Shown here piece after piece: positions 16,694 to 26,025 of a DNA stretch of 64,000 bases. The DNA lies in assembly GCA_965248355.1 (NCBI GenBank), contig OZ252098.1:3136001-3200000 (forward strand), in the 5' to 3' direction. Made by a program: the position numbers and the translations under genes. Each line of letters starts with the position of its first letter. The stretch's first letter is position 1. The DNA comes from Candidatus Latescibacterota bacterium. GTDB taxonomy: Bacteria > Latescibacterota > UBA2968 > UBA8231. The notes beneath the pieces were generated by a model, which worked only from the letters and a program-made list of their open reading frames with translations, made no database searches and was not told where the DNA came from.

Positions 16694-19579
16694 CCCGCGC
16701 ACCCTCGTTCATTGACAACCGGAACGGCAACACCTTGGCACAGGCCCTGGGTACCCTACTGGGTGTTGGGCCGGCCGCCGCAATGGGGGCGCCGTCAGAT
16801 AAGCCCGATCAGGTCAGCATCGCCACGGCCTTTTTCAGCCCCACTGGTTTCGCACATGTCGCCGATCAACTGGAGGAGGTTCCAGAGGTTCGCCTGCTGC
16901 TTGGAGCGGACCTGGCCGCTGGGGCGGTGGAGCACCGCAAGCCTCTTGACGAGACACCGGAGAGCTTTGAACGAAGGCGGATCGAGGTGGGCCTGAGGAG
17001 TATGGCCGAAGGGCTGGAGCGAGACCGCGATCACCTGCCCTTCAATCGCACGAGCGGCGCGGCCTTGGGCAAGCTGATCGCGGCGCTTCGGGCCGGCAAC
17101 ATGGAAGTACGGCGCTACAAGAAGGCGTTCCTGCACGCCAAAGCGTACATCTTCACTTCCGGATCTGACGGAAGCGCGGGACCTGAAGGGATCATCGCCG
17201 GCTCTTCCAACCTGACGGGCGCAGGTTTGACCACGAACCTGGAGCTCAACCTCGGCCGCTTTGATCGACCTGTGGTCGAGGCGGCCAATCATTGGTTCAA
17301 CGAACTGTGGGAGGAAGCCGAGCCCTACGATCTGGCACGACTCTTCGCGGTGGCATTCGAGGCCGGTCACCCTGGGATATCTTCATCCGGGTCCTGTGGC
17401 AGCTCTACGGGGAGGAGGTCCAGGAGGACGCGCAGACGGATGCAAACCTGCCACTGACGAGCTTTCAGAAACACGGCGTTGCCAGAGCGTTGCGGCTGAT
17501 GCGCGATACCGGCGGTGTGATCGTCGCCGATGAGGTGGGACTCGGGAAGACCTTCATCGCCGGTGAGATCCTTCGCCTCTACCGAGAAAGTCGACAGCGG
17601 GCGCTCCTGATCTGTCCGGCGGCGCTGCGGGACGGTATGTGGAGGACATTTCTGAGTGAGTTTCAGCTCTATGTGGAATACCTGTCCTTCGAGCAACTGG
17701 CGAACGACAGACAACTTCGGGACCGGCAGCGCCCGAATGCGGACCAAGCTCATCTTCAGCGATCCCTTGACGAATATCAGCTCGTCATCGTCGACGAGGC
17801 GCACAATTACAGCAACCCTGACGCGCCCACGCGGGCCGCTGCGCTGCGCCGGCTTCTCTTCGGACGAAGGCGGGATCTTCTTCTGCTCACCGCCACGCCG
17901 GTGAACAACTCGCTTTGGGATCTCTACCACCTGATCCGCTTCTTCCTGCGCCAAGACGCCCACCTTGCCGGCCGCGGCATCCTCTCGATCCGCGAACGCT
18001 TCGAACACGCCATGCGGGTGGACCCGTCCAGATGGCGCAGGAGCACGACACCTTTCTGGAGGCGCTGGACGTCGGTTCCGTCGTCACGACGGCCTTCCTT
18101 CAGGAGATTTCGGGTGACGACGAGACCGTCTTCGAGGATTTTCTGAGAGCGTCGGATGACCGCTCTGAAGCGGCACTCTACGATGTCCCCCGGTTGCGCG
18201 CCGCGGTAGAGCAGGATCGCGATCTACTCCGTGGTCTCGCGGACGAGGCGCGGTCGATCACTGCCGACCAGGACCCCAAGCTGAAAGCCTTGTCCGATGC
18301 GCTGGCGGAAATCGCTCAACAGGCGGAAGGGGAAGCGATCGACAGTGCGGACGAAGGGCAGAAGCGGAAGGTGCTGGTCTTTTCCTTCTTCGAGGACACC
18401 GTCGAGTGGATCCGGGATTTCCTGCGACGAGAGGTCGCCGGACGACCCGAGCTCGCCGGCTACCGGGATCGCATGGTCGCGGTCAGCGGCTCGGGGGATC
18501 TGGACGAGCCTTCACGCCAGCGGGCGGTCCAGGGTTTCGCGCCAGTGTCCATGCAGGCACCGGCCGGACAGGATGCGGATCTCTACGACCTCATGATCGC
18601 CACGGATGTGCTCGCCGAGGGGGTGAACCTTCAGCAGGGCCGGCACATCATCAATTTCGACCTGCCCTGGAACCCGATGCGGCTCGTGCAGCGCCACGGC
18701 CGGATCGACCGGATCGGCAGTCCTCACAGCCAGGTATTCCTTCGGACCATCTTTCCCGCCGATCGCCTCGACTGCCTGCTGAACCTGGAACAACGGATCC
18801 TGGGGAAGCTGGAAGGATGCGTCACTCTACGAGCGCGGGGGCAGCGCGGGGGAAGCGCGGGCGCCGCCCAGACCGGGGAAGAGTATCGGCAGACCCTGCG
18901 CAAGGCGCTCGATGTGAACCGGGAGCGCATCACCGGGACGCCGTGGAAGGTCGGCTCGGGCATGGTCAAGGGCAGGCATCGGGGGGTGTTCTTCTGTGCG
19001 GTAGTGGGCGCCGAGACCGAGTTTGAACGAACCTATCTGCGCTTCATTCCCGCCGGTGAGGATTGGGCGCCCGCCACAGGCAGCGGCATGGAGCGCGAGC
19101 TTGGCACCTGTCTCCGGCTCATTGAGTGCGGTGAGGAGACGCCGCCTTGGTATCCTCGTTTCCTGCGAGAGAGGGCATACGACTTCTGGGAAGTAGCCCA
19201 GCACGACATCTGGACCGGCTGGATGCGCGAGACCGACCCGGCGAATCTGCAGCCCCCGGTCCACCCTCTGAACCACCGCGTGGCGGAGTTCATCCGTAGC
19301 CATCCGCCGCTGAATGTGTCCGAGGACCGCGTGAACCGGGCACTCGATATCCTCGAGTCGCCCTGGCCCCGGCGCGACGAGATCATGCTGCGGAACTGGT
19401 TCGGGTCCAGAGAATCCCAGGGCTCGGGGCTCGCGGGGTTTCTGATCGACCAAATCCTCGAGACCGGTCTCGAAGCAACCATGCCGCCTCCGCCACTGCC
19501 CCCGATCGAACAAGAGGAGGTCGAGCTTCTCTGCTGGATGGGGATAGAACGCGAAGACGGCGCGGAAGAGTTGCAATGA
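16690..19579 (+). pseudogene. PLD-nuclease domain plus SNF2-like helicase, frameshifted and internally deleted
   Basis: IATAFFSP, LHAKAY, AGSSNLT (PLD). ADEVGLGKT, VDEAHN, LTATP, TDVLAEGVNLQ, INFDLPWNP, QRHGRIDRIG (helicase). Breaks near 17365, 18030 and 18812. Confidence 0.88.
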
Positions 19580-19911
19580 CCAGCGTCACCGACACACTCA
19601 TCCACCAGATGGTCCATGCAATCGTCGAGGAGGTCGATCCCGAAAGGGTGATCCTCTTCGGGTCCCGCGCCCGAGGCGAAGAGCAACAGGGATCGGACGT
19701 CGATCTGGTGGTCGTGGAAGCCGAGCCGTTCGGTCCGAAGCGAAGCCGCCACAAAGAGATGGTCAGGCTCTACAAGGTCCTGGCGGACTTTCCCGTGTCG
19801 GCCGACGTCCTGGTCTATTCCCATGATGAGGTCGATTACTGGCGCGACTCCCTCAACCACGTTCTGGCGCGGGCGCTGCGGGAAGGGAAAGTGCTCTATG
19901 AGCGACCCTAA
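19576..19911 (+). CDS. Minimal nucleotidyltransferase (MNT)
   Basis: VILFGSRARG....SDVDLVVV, ALREGKVLYE. Confidence 0.92.
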   Translation: MTSVTDTLIHQMVHAIVEEVDPERVILFGSRARGEEQQGSDVDLVVVEAEPFGPKRSRHKEMVRLYKVLADFPVSADVLVYSHDEVDYWRDSLNHVLARALREGKVLYERP

Positions 19912-21208
19912 GGCACTGCGCAGAAATAAACGCTGTTCTTTCTGATAGAAAGGTGTTATCCTTGACGGGTGGACACGGAAAGCACCCTGCGGGCGAAATA
20001 CGAAGCCTTGACGCCGGTGTTGAACGAGCGCACGCGACGCTTGTGGGCCGCGTCGGAGGCGCAAGCCCTGGGACATGGCGGCATTGCGGTGGTGGCCCGT
20101 GCGACGGGCCTGTCGCGGACCCGGATCGCTCGCGGCCTGCAGGAACTGCGGTCGGACGCCCCGTTGGACTCCGGCCGTGTGCGTCGGCCGGGCGGCGGCC
20201 GCAAGCGGCGCGTCGACACCGACGTGACGCTGTTGTCGGACCTCAACGCCCTGCTCGAGCCGGTCACCGCCGGGGCGCCGGACGACAGCCCCTTGCGATG
20301 GACGTCGAAGAGCGTCCGCAAGTTGGCGGTCGAGTTGCAGGCCCTGGGCCATTCGGTGAGTCCTGGCCTCGTCCACGGACTGTTGCACGAGCTCGGCTAC
20401 ACGCTGCAGGCGAATCGCAAGACGAAAGAAGGCACGCAACACCCGGATCGGGACGCCCCGTTTCACTACCTCCACGACCAGGTCCGAAGGGCCCAGGCCC
20501 AAGGCCAGCCGGTCATTTCGGTGGACACCAAGAAGAAGGAGCTGATCGGCGACTTCAAGAACGTGGGTCGCCAATGGCGTCCGAAGGGCGAGCCGGAGCG
20601 CGTGAAGGTCCACGACTTCATCATCCCGGCCCAGGGCCAGGCGATTCCCTACGGGGTCTACGACCTGGGCCGCAACGAGGGCTGGGTCAGCGTCGGCGTC
20701 GACCACGACACCGCCCACTTCGCGGTGAACGCCATCCGCAGCTGGTGGAAACGCATGGGTCGTCCGGCCTACCCGGCGGCCTCGCACCTGTGGATCACGG
20801 CCGATGCGGGGGGCCGCAACGGTCCGAGACTGCGGCTGTGGAAATGGGAATGGCAGCGCTTGGCCGATCGCACGGGCCTGACGATCACGGTCTGCCACTA
20901 TCCTCCGGGCACGAGCAAGTGGAACCGCATCGAGCATCGCCTGTTCTCCTATATCGCCATGAACTGGCGAGGCCAACCTCTGGTCAGTCTGGCCACGGTG
21001 GTCAACCTGATCGGCCGGACGACAACGAAGAAAGGGCTTCGCGTGCGCGCCGAGATCGACAAGCGAGCGTATCCCAAGGCCGTGGTCGTCAAGGACGAGC
21101 AAATGGAGCGGATCCATCTCTCGCCCCATGCGTTCCACGGGGATTGGAACTACACGATCCGGCCGGCCACTGAGGGTTGAAGTGAATCATCTGTTTCGGG
21201 ACAAAGCC
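19912..21208 (+). mobile_element. ISAzo13-family IS, 1297 bp, TAA target duplication
   Basis: Imperfect IRs GGCACTGCGCAGAAATA / GGCTTTGTCCCGAAACA. TAA at 19909-11 and 21209-11. Confidence 0.9.
19969..21180 (+). CDS. ISAzo13-family DDE transposase
   Basis: LNERTRRLWAA, ISVDTKKKELIG, ITADAGG.N, HYPPGTSKWNRIEHRLF, FHGDWNYTI. Confidence 0.92.
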   Translation: MDTESTLRAKYEALTPVLNERTRRLWAASEAQALGHGGIAVVARATGLSRTRIARGLQELRSDAPLDSGRVRRPGGGRKRRVDTDVTLLSDLNALLEPVTAGAPDDSPLRWTSKSVRKLAVELQALGHSVSPGLVHGLLHELGYTLQANRKTKEGTQHPDRDAPFHYLHDQVRRAQAQGQPVISVDTKKKELIGDFKNVGRQWRPKGEPERVKVHDFIIPAQGQAIPYGVYDLGRNEGWVSVGVDHDTAHFAVNAIRSWWKRMGRPAYPAASHLWITADAGGRNGPRLRLWKWEWQRLADRTGLTITVCHYPPGTSKWNRIEHRLFSYIAMNWRGQPLVSLATVVNLIGRTTTKKGLRVRAEIDKRAYPKAVVVKDEQMERIHLSPHAFHGDWNYTIRPATEG

Positions 21209-21781
21209 TAAGTGCGCCCGGATGCTGCTCGGCGCGGCCGAACGCGATGTCCTCACGCTCAGGAACATGACGTCCGGGGTGCCGGACGAATCGTATGGAT
21301 TCCACCTGCAGCAGGCAGCGGAAGAGTCCTTCAAGGCTTGGCTCGCACTGCTGGGCGAGACGTATCCGCTTACCCACAATCTCGAGGCGTTGGTGAATAT
21401 CCTCGCTTCGCGCGCTCTCGACATGATGGCTTTTCGGAAGCTGGTCGTGTATACCCCATACGCCGTCGAGTTCCGATATGGGGGTGTCGATTCGGGTACC
21501 GAGCCGATCGACCGTATGAGCGCGCTGGCCCTCGTCGAGGCGTTGCTCGAGCAGGTCCGGCGCGAGTTGGAAACGGTGGAGAGGAATGATGACCAGCGGG
21601 GGGCCTGCCCCCCCGACTGAGCACCGGCAGCCTCTCAGCGAAACAGCCTCAGGGCTCCGCGTTCTCTTCCGTTCAAGCCCCCGAAGAAAGTCTCAACACC
21701 CGGACGGCGCCGTTCGTCGTCAGGTAGGAGAGCCGGCGCCCCGGATGGGCGATCGCCAGGGCCCCGGCCGCACTCTCCAGC

Positions 21782-21815
21782 GTTTGCATGCAAACAGCCC
21801 CGGAGTGCCTTGACA
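21782..21815 (+). promoter_or_regulatory. 14-bp perfect palindrome (possible operator) next to a TTGACA hexamer
   Basis: GTTTGCATGCAAAC at 21782-95 and TTGACA at 21810-15. No strong -10 box. Confidence 0.35.
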
Positions 21816-21886
21816 CTGTTCCAGGGCCTCGGACAGCTTCGATCCGTCCTTTGCCCACACCCTCATCCTCAACCTGCAGGACGGCG

Positions 21887-24409
21887 ATGCACCGATTCAC
21901 CGCGGTGCTGGCCGCCGCGCTCCTCTTCGCAGGAGCCGCCGGCGCCGGCGCCGATGAACAGTCCTCCCAGGCCGACACCAGCGATGCGCGCATGGAGCGC
22001 TGGATGGCCCATCCCCAGCGGACCGCCCACGCCCGGCGCGCGGAGACGCCGCCGCGCCTCGACGGGATCCTCGACGAGGAGATCTGGCTGCGCGCCCCGG
22101 TGCACGAGGGGTTCACCCAGAGCGACCCGGACAACGGCGAGCCGGCGTCGCTGCGCACCACCTTCCAGGTGGCCTACGACGACGACGCCCTGTACATCGC
22201 CGGCGTCTGCTACGACGACCCCGACAGCGTCACGGCGCGTCTGGCGCGGCGCGACGAGTGGCGCGAGCGCGACTTCTTCGAGGTCAGCCTCGACCCCCAC
22301 CACGACCATCAGACGGGGGTCTGGTTCACCGTGGGCCCTTCGGGCTGGTTCAGCGACGGGATCCTCTACAACGACGAGGACTGGGACGACGGCTGGGACA
22401 GCGTCGCCGAGGTGGCGACGGCGAGGCGCGCCGACGGCTGGAGTCTGGAGCTGAAGATCCCCTACCACGTCCTGCGCTTCGGCGAGAAGGAGACCTACAC
22501 CTGGGGGTTCAACGTCTACCGCAGGATCTCCCGCCGCGCCGAGTGGACGGCGTGGAGCTTCACGCCCCGGGGGGTCAGCGGCTACGCCTCGCGCTTCGGG
22601 CATCTGGAGGGGATCGAGGGCATCCGGCCGCAGCGCAGCCTCGAGGTCCTGCCCTTCGCCCTGGGCCGCGGCACCCTGTCGCCGGGAGACGCGGACGGCG
22701 GCAACGACCTGTTCTCCTCGGCCGGCGTCGACCTGCGCTACGGCCTGTCGTCGAACATCTCCCTCAACGCCACCGTCAACCCGGACTTCGGCCAGGTCGA
22801 GGGCGACCCGGCGGTGCTCAATCTGGGGGTCTTCGAGACCTTTCTCCGGGAGCGCCGGCCCTTCTTTCTGGAGGGCATCCAGATCTTCGAGTCGCCCGGG
22901 CCCTTCATCGCCGGCATCAGCCGGCCCTCCACCCTGTTCCATTCGCGGCGCATCGGCCGGCCGCCCTCCCGCTTCGACCTGCCCGACGGCAGCGAAGAGA
23001 TGGACCGTCCCCACAACACCACGATCCTCGGCGCCGCCAAGATCTCGGGCAAGACCGCCGGACGCACCGCCTTCGGCCTGCTCAACGCGGTCACCGGCCG
23101 CGAGCGGGCCCTCATCGACCAGCGCGTCACCAGCGCCGAGACGGGTCTCGCCGACACGGTGCGCCGCCAAGTCGAGGTGGAGCCGCTCACCAACTACTTC
23201 ATCGGCCGCGTGCAGCAGGACCTGCTCACCAACTCCACCGCCGGGGCCCAGCTCACCGCGGTCAACGGCGGCGGCTTCGAGCCGGCCTACGTCGGCGCCG
23301 GGGACGTGCACGTGAAGTGGGGGGACAACGACTACCGGTTCTACAGCCGCCTCGCCGCCAGCCGAGCCGGGCAGCAGGAGGAGCGCGGCACCGGCTGGGA
23401 GGGGGCGCTTTACCTCCAGAAGTCGGGGGGCGCCTTCGGCGGCCAGGCCTACATGGACGCGCAATCGCCCGGCTTCGAGGCCAACGACCTGGGCTACATG
23501 CGGCGCAACGACCGCGTCCAGGCAGGCGCCCACGTCTATCACGAGAAGCTCGACCCCTGGTGGTTCGCCCGCAGGTCCGGGTTCAACCTCAACGTCTGGA
23601 GCCACTGGAACTTCGCCGGCGAGCGCCTGGCCCGGGGGGTCAACGTCAATTCCTGGAACAACCTGCACAACTACTGGGGATTCTGGATGGGCGTCAGCCG
23701 CGGCCTGGAGGCCTTCGACGACCTCGCCACCCGCGGGGGGCCGCTGATGCTCTCACCTGCCAGCACCTGGATCGGCATGAACCTGTGGACCGACGACCGC
23801 AAGCCGGTCAGCGGCGGGCTCCGCGGGAACCTCAGCTGGAGCCGGGGGGGCGACAACCTGGGCTCGTGGGTGGGGGTCGAGCTCGAGATGCGCCCCCTGT
23901 CCCGCCTGGCGCTGGAGATCGAGCCGGGATACAACTACAGCCGCAGCTTCGCCCAGTGGGTGGAGAACGCGGACGCGGACGGCGACGGCGAGGACGACCG
24001 CTTCATCTTCGGCGAGCTGGAGAGCCGGGTCTTCGAGGTCGGCCTGCGCGGCGACTGGGCCTTCACGCCGGGCCTGAGCCTGCAGCTCTTCGTGCAGCCC
24101 TTCGCGACCACCGGCGACTACGGGGCCATCAAGGAGCTGGCGCGCCCGCGCTCGTACGAGTTCCGCCCCTACGCCGGCCTCGAGGACAACCCCGACTTCC
24201 ACCGCCGCGCGCTGCGCTCCAACCTGGTGCTGCGCTGGGAATACAGGCCCGGCAGCACCTTCTTCGCCGTCTGGCAGCAGAGCCGGGACCGGGACTTCGA
24301 CGAGGCCCGGGACCCCGCCTTCCGGCCCGCCGGCGACCTGACCCGCGCCTTTGCCGACGACGGCGACGATATCTTCCTGATCAAGTTCAACCGCTGGTTC
24401 GGGCTGTAG
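21887..24409 (+). CDS. Secreted CBM9-like plus DUF5916 protein
   Basis: Signal peptide, PRLDGILDE.IW, YDDDALY, GWSLELKIP, NATVNPDFGQVE.D, ERRPFFLEG. C-terminal FLIKFNRWF beta-signal-like end. Confidence 0.85.
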   Translation: MHRFTAVLAAALLFAGAAGAGADEQSSQADTSDARMERWMAHPQRTAHARRAETPPRLDGILDEEIWLRAPVHEGFTQSDPDNGEPASLRTTFQVAYDDDALYIAGVCYDDPDSVTARLARRDEWRERDFFEVSLDPHHDHQTGVWFTVGPSGWFSDGILYNDEDWDDGWDSVAEVATARRADGWSLELKIPYHVLRFGEKETYTWGFNVYRRISRRAEWTAWSFTPRGVSGYASRFGHLEGIEGIRPQRSLEVLPFALGRGTLSPGDADGGNDLFSSAGVDLRYGLSSNISLNATVNPDFGQVEGDPAVLNLGVFETFLRERRPFFLEGIQIFESPGPFIAGISRPSTLFHSRRIGRPPSRFDLPDGSEEMDRPHNTTILGAAKISGKTAGRTAFGLLNAVTGRERALIDQRVTSAETGLADTVRRQVEVEPLTNYFIGRVQQDLLTNSTAGAQLTAVNGGGFEPAYVGAGDVHVKWGDNDYRFYSRLAASRAGQQEERGTGWEGALYLQKSGGAFGGQAYMDAQSPGFEANDLGYMRRNDRVQAGAHVYHEKLDPWWFARRSGFNLNVWSHWNFAGERLARGVNVNSWNNLHNYWGFWMGVSRGLEAFDDLATRGGPLMLSPASTWIGMNLWTDDRKPVSGGLRGNLSWSRGGDNLGSWVGVELEMRPLSRLALEIEPGYNYSRSFAQWVENADADGDGEDDRFIFGELESRVFEVGLRGDWAFTPGLSLQLFVQPFATTGDYGAIKELARPRSYEFRPYAGLEDNPDFHRRALRSNLVLRWEYRPGSTFFAVWQQSRDRDFDEARDPAFRPAGDLTRAFADDGDDIFLIKFNRWFGL

Positions 24410-24430
24410 AGGTGGCGAGCGGGCGCCGCG

Positions 24431-25936
24431 TCAGTCCTCGAACCAGATGGGACTGCTCCAGGCCATCTGGCCGTTCTCCTGGGTGACGCGCAGATAGCAG
24501 CAGGACGGCGTCTCGCCCTGGTCGATGAAGTGACCCTCCAGGGAGTAGAGCGCCTGGGGCAGGGCCCGATGAGCAACGATCCAGGTGGGCAGCCCGTCCA
24601 CCCGCCAGCCCCGGCGCCCCTGCAACAGCTCGCCGATGGTGAAGCCGGCTTGTGAACCGCCGAGCTGGCCGGTGAGGGTGAAGTCGGTGGCCGTGGCCAG
24701 CAGGCTCTTGCTGGTGCGGCAGTCGAAGTCGAGCCGGACCCGCGTCTCTTCCGTGCCCTCCACCTCCACGCACAGGGCGTCGTTGGCCCTGGGCGCCGTG
24801 GAGCCGTTGCGGGTGGTGAAGATCGAGCCGCGCGAGGTGTGGGACTGCCAGGCGCAGCTCGCCTCGTCCCGTTCGAGGACGCGCTTGCGCCGGACCTCGT
24901 CGAAGGGATCGGAGCTGAAGCAGGGCACGACCCGCGACAGCCGTCCGCCGTCGACCTGCAGCCGTCCCTGCCAGTCGTAGACCTGGTATCCCTTCATCGG
25001 CCCCCAGCCCCACTCGAAGCGCAGCCGGTAGGTCTGTGGTCCCGCAGCCGGCGCGCCGTAGTCGGGTGTCTCCAGGTGTACTGGAATGTTGTCGCGCACC
25101 ACTTCCACGCTCTTGAGCGTGTCCCAGCCCTCGACCCGGTAGTCGAGCCGGCGCTCCGCGGATCCGCTCACGGCCTCGCCCATCCAGGCCTCCCCGGCGC
25201 GGCAGAGCACCTCGATGCGGTCGCCGGTGACCGCCGTGGTCCGCCGCTTCCGCAAGGCGTCGAAGAGGGCGGCGCGGCTGTTCTCCGCCGCCCAGATCCC
25301 CGTCAGCCCCAGGCCGTAGCCGCCGGGGTAGCCGTCGTGGTTGTCGGTGCCGGCCACGAAGCCGAAGCGCTTGCCCAGGGCCAGTCCGTGCTGCACGGTG
25401 AACTGGTATCCGGCCGGCCCGCCGCTGTGGCCCAGCATGGGATGGAGGCCGGTGTCGCGCTCCGAGGAGCCGTGCTCGGAGAAGATCTCCACCACCGGCG
25501 ACAGGGACTCGTCGAAGCCCTCCCAGTCGACGCCGCGCTCGTAGGCGGTGTGATGGGGAACCAGGATCGCCTGCCGGACCCTGAAGTGGTCCTGCAGATC
25601 GGCCAGACTCCGCGCGCAGTACATGGACTCCATGTCATCGCAGGCGATCACGTGGAGGTGGCCCCAGGCCGAGGAGTGCCACTCGTAGGCGGGGAGGCAG
25701 GTGAACTCGCCGGGCCGGTCGTTCTCCCGGGCGGCCCGGCGGATCCGCTCCCAGTTGGCGACCACCACCGGGTAGCCGTCCGGGACGCCGCCGTCGGCGT
25801 GCAGCCCGTGGGGGGTGAAGGCGTAGAAGTCGAGGTGGGAACGGGCGATCTCGTAGCTGCGCTCGAGGCTTCCCTGGGCATAGCCCAGCTCGTTGTGGTT
25901 GTGCAGCTCGCCCCAGTACAGGTTCAGATCGGGCAT
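24431..25936 (-). CDS. PHP-like metal-dependent hydrolase (DUF3604-like)
   Basis: YWGELHNH, AYEW, VPHH, VEIFSEHG, AGTDNHDGYPG. GAGGAG SD. Confidence 0.75.
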   Translation of the reverse strand: MPDLNLYWGELHNHNELGYAQGSLERSYEIARSHLDFYAFTPHGLHADGGVPDGYPVVVANWERIRRAARENDRPGEFTCLPAYEWHSSAWGHLHVIACDDMESMYCARSLADLQDHFRVRQAILVPHHTAYERGVDWEGFDESLSPVVEIFSEHGSSERDTGLHPMLGHSGGPAGYQFTVQHGLALGKRFGFVAGTDNHDGYPGGYGLGLTGIWAAENSRAALFDALRKRRTTAVTGDRIEVLCRAGEAWMGEAVSGSAERRLDYRVEGWDTLKSVEVVRDNIPVHLETPDYGAPAAGPQTYRLRFEWGWGPMKGYQVYDWQGRLQVDGGRLSRVVPCFSSDPFDEVRRKRVLERDEASCAWQSHTSRGSIFTTRNGSTAPRANDALCVEVEGTEETRVRLDFDCRTSKSLLATATDFTLTGQLGGSQAGFTIGELLQGRRGWRVDGLPTWIVAHRALPQALYSLEGHFIDQGETPSCCYLRVTQENGQMAWSSPIWFED

Positions 25937-26025
25937 GTCGGTCTCCTCTTGACGGTTCCGGGCCACCGGGCGACGTTCTGCGCCCGCCCCGGCGAATATG
26001 CGGTAAACCTGAAGTGGTGAGGGAC

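Larger units (their letters stand above)
19898..21620 (+). pseudogene. HEPN-domain gene split by an IS after codon 4
   Basis: Removing the IS and one TAA gives in-frame MSDPKCARMLLGAAERD...GFHLQQAAEESFKAWL...YPLTHNLEAL...YAVEFRY. Confidence 0.88.
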
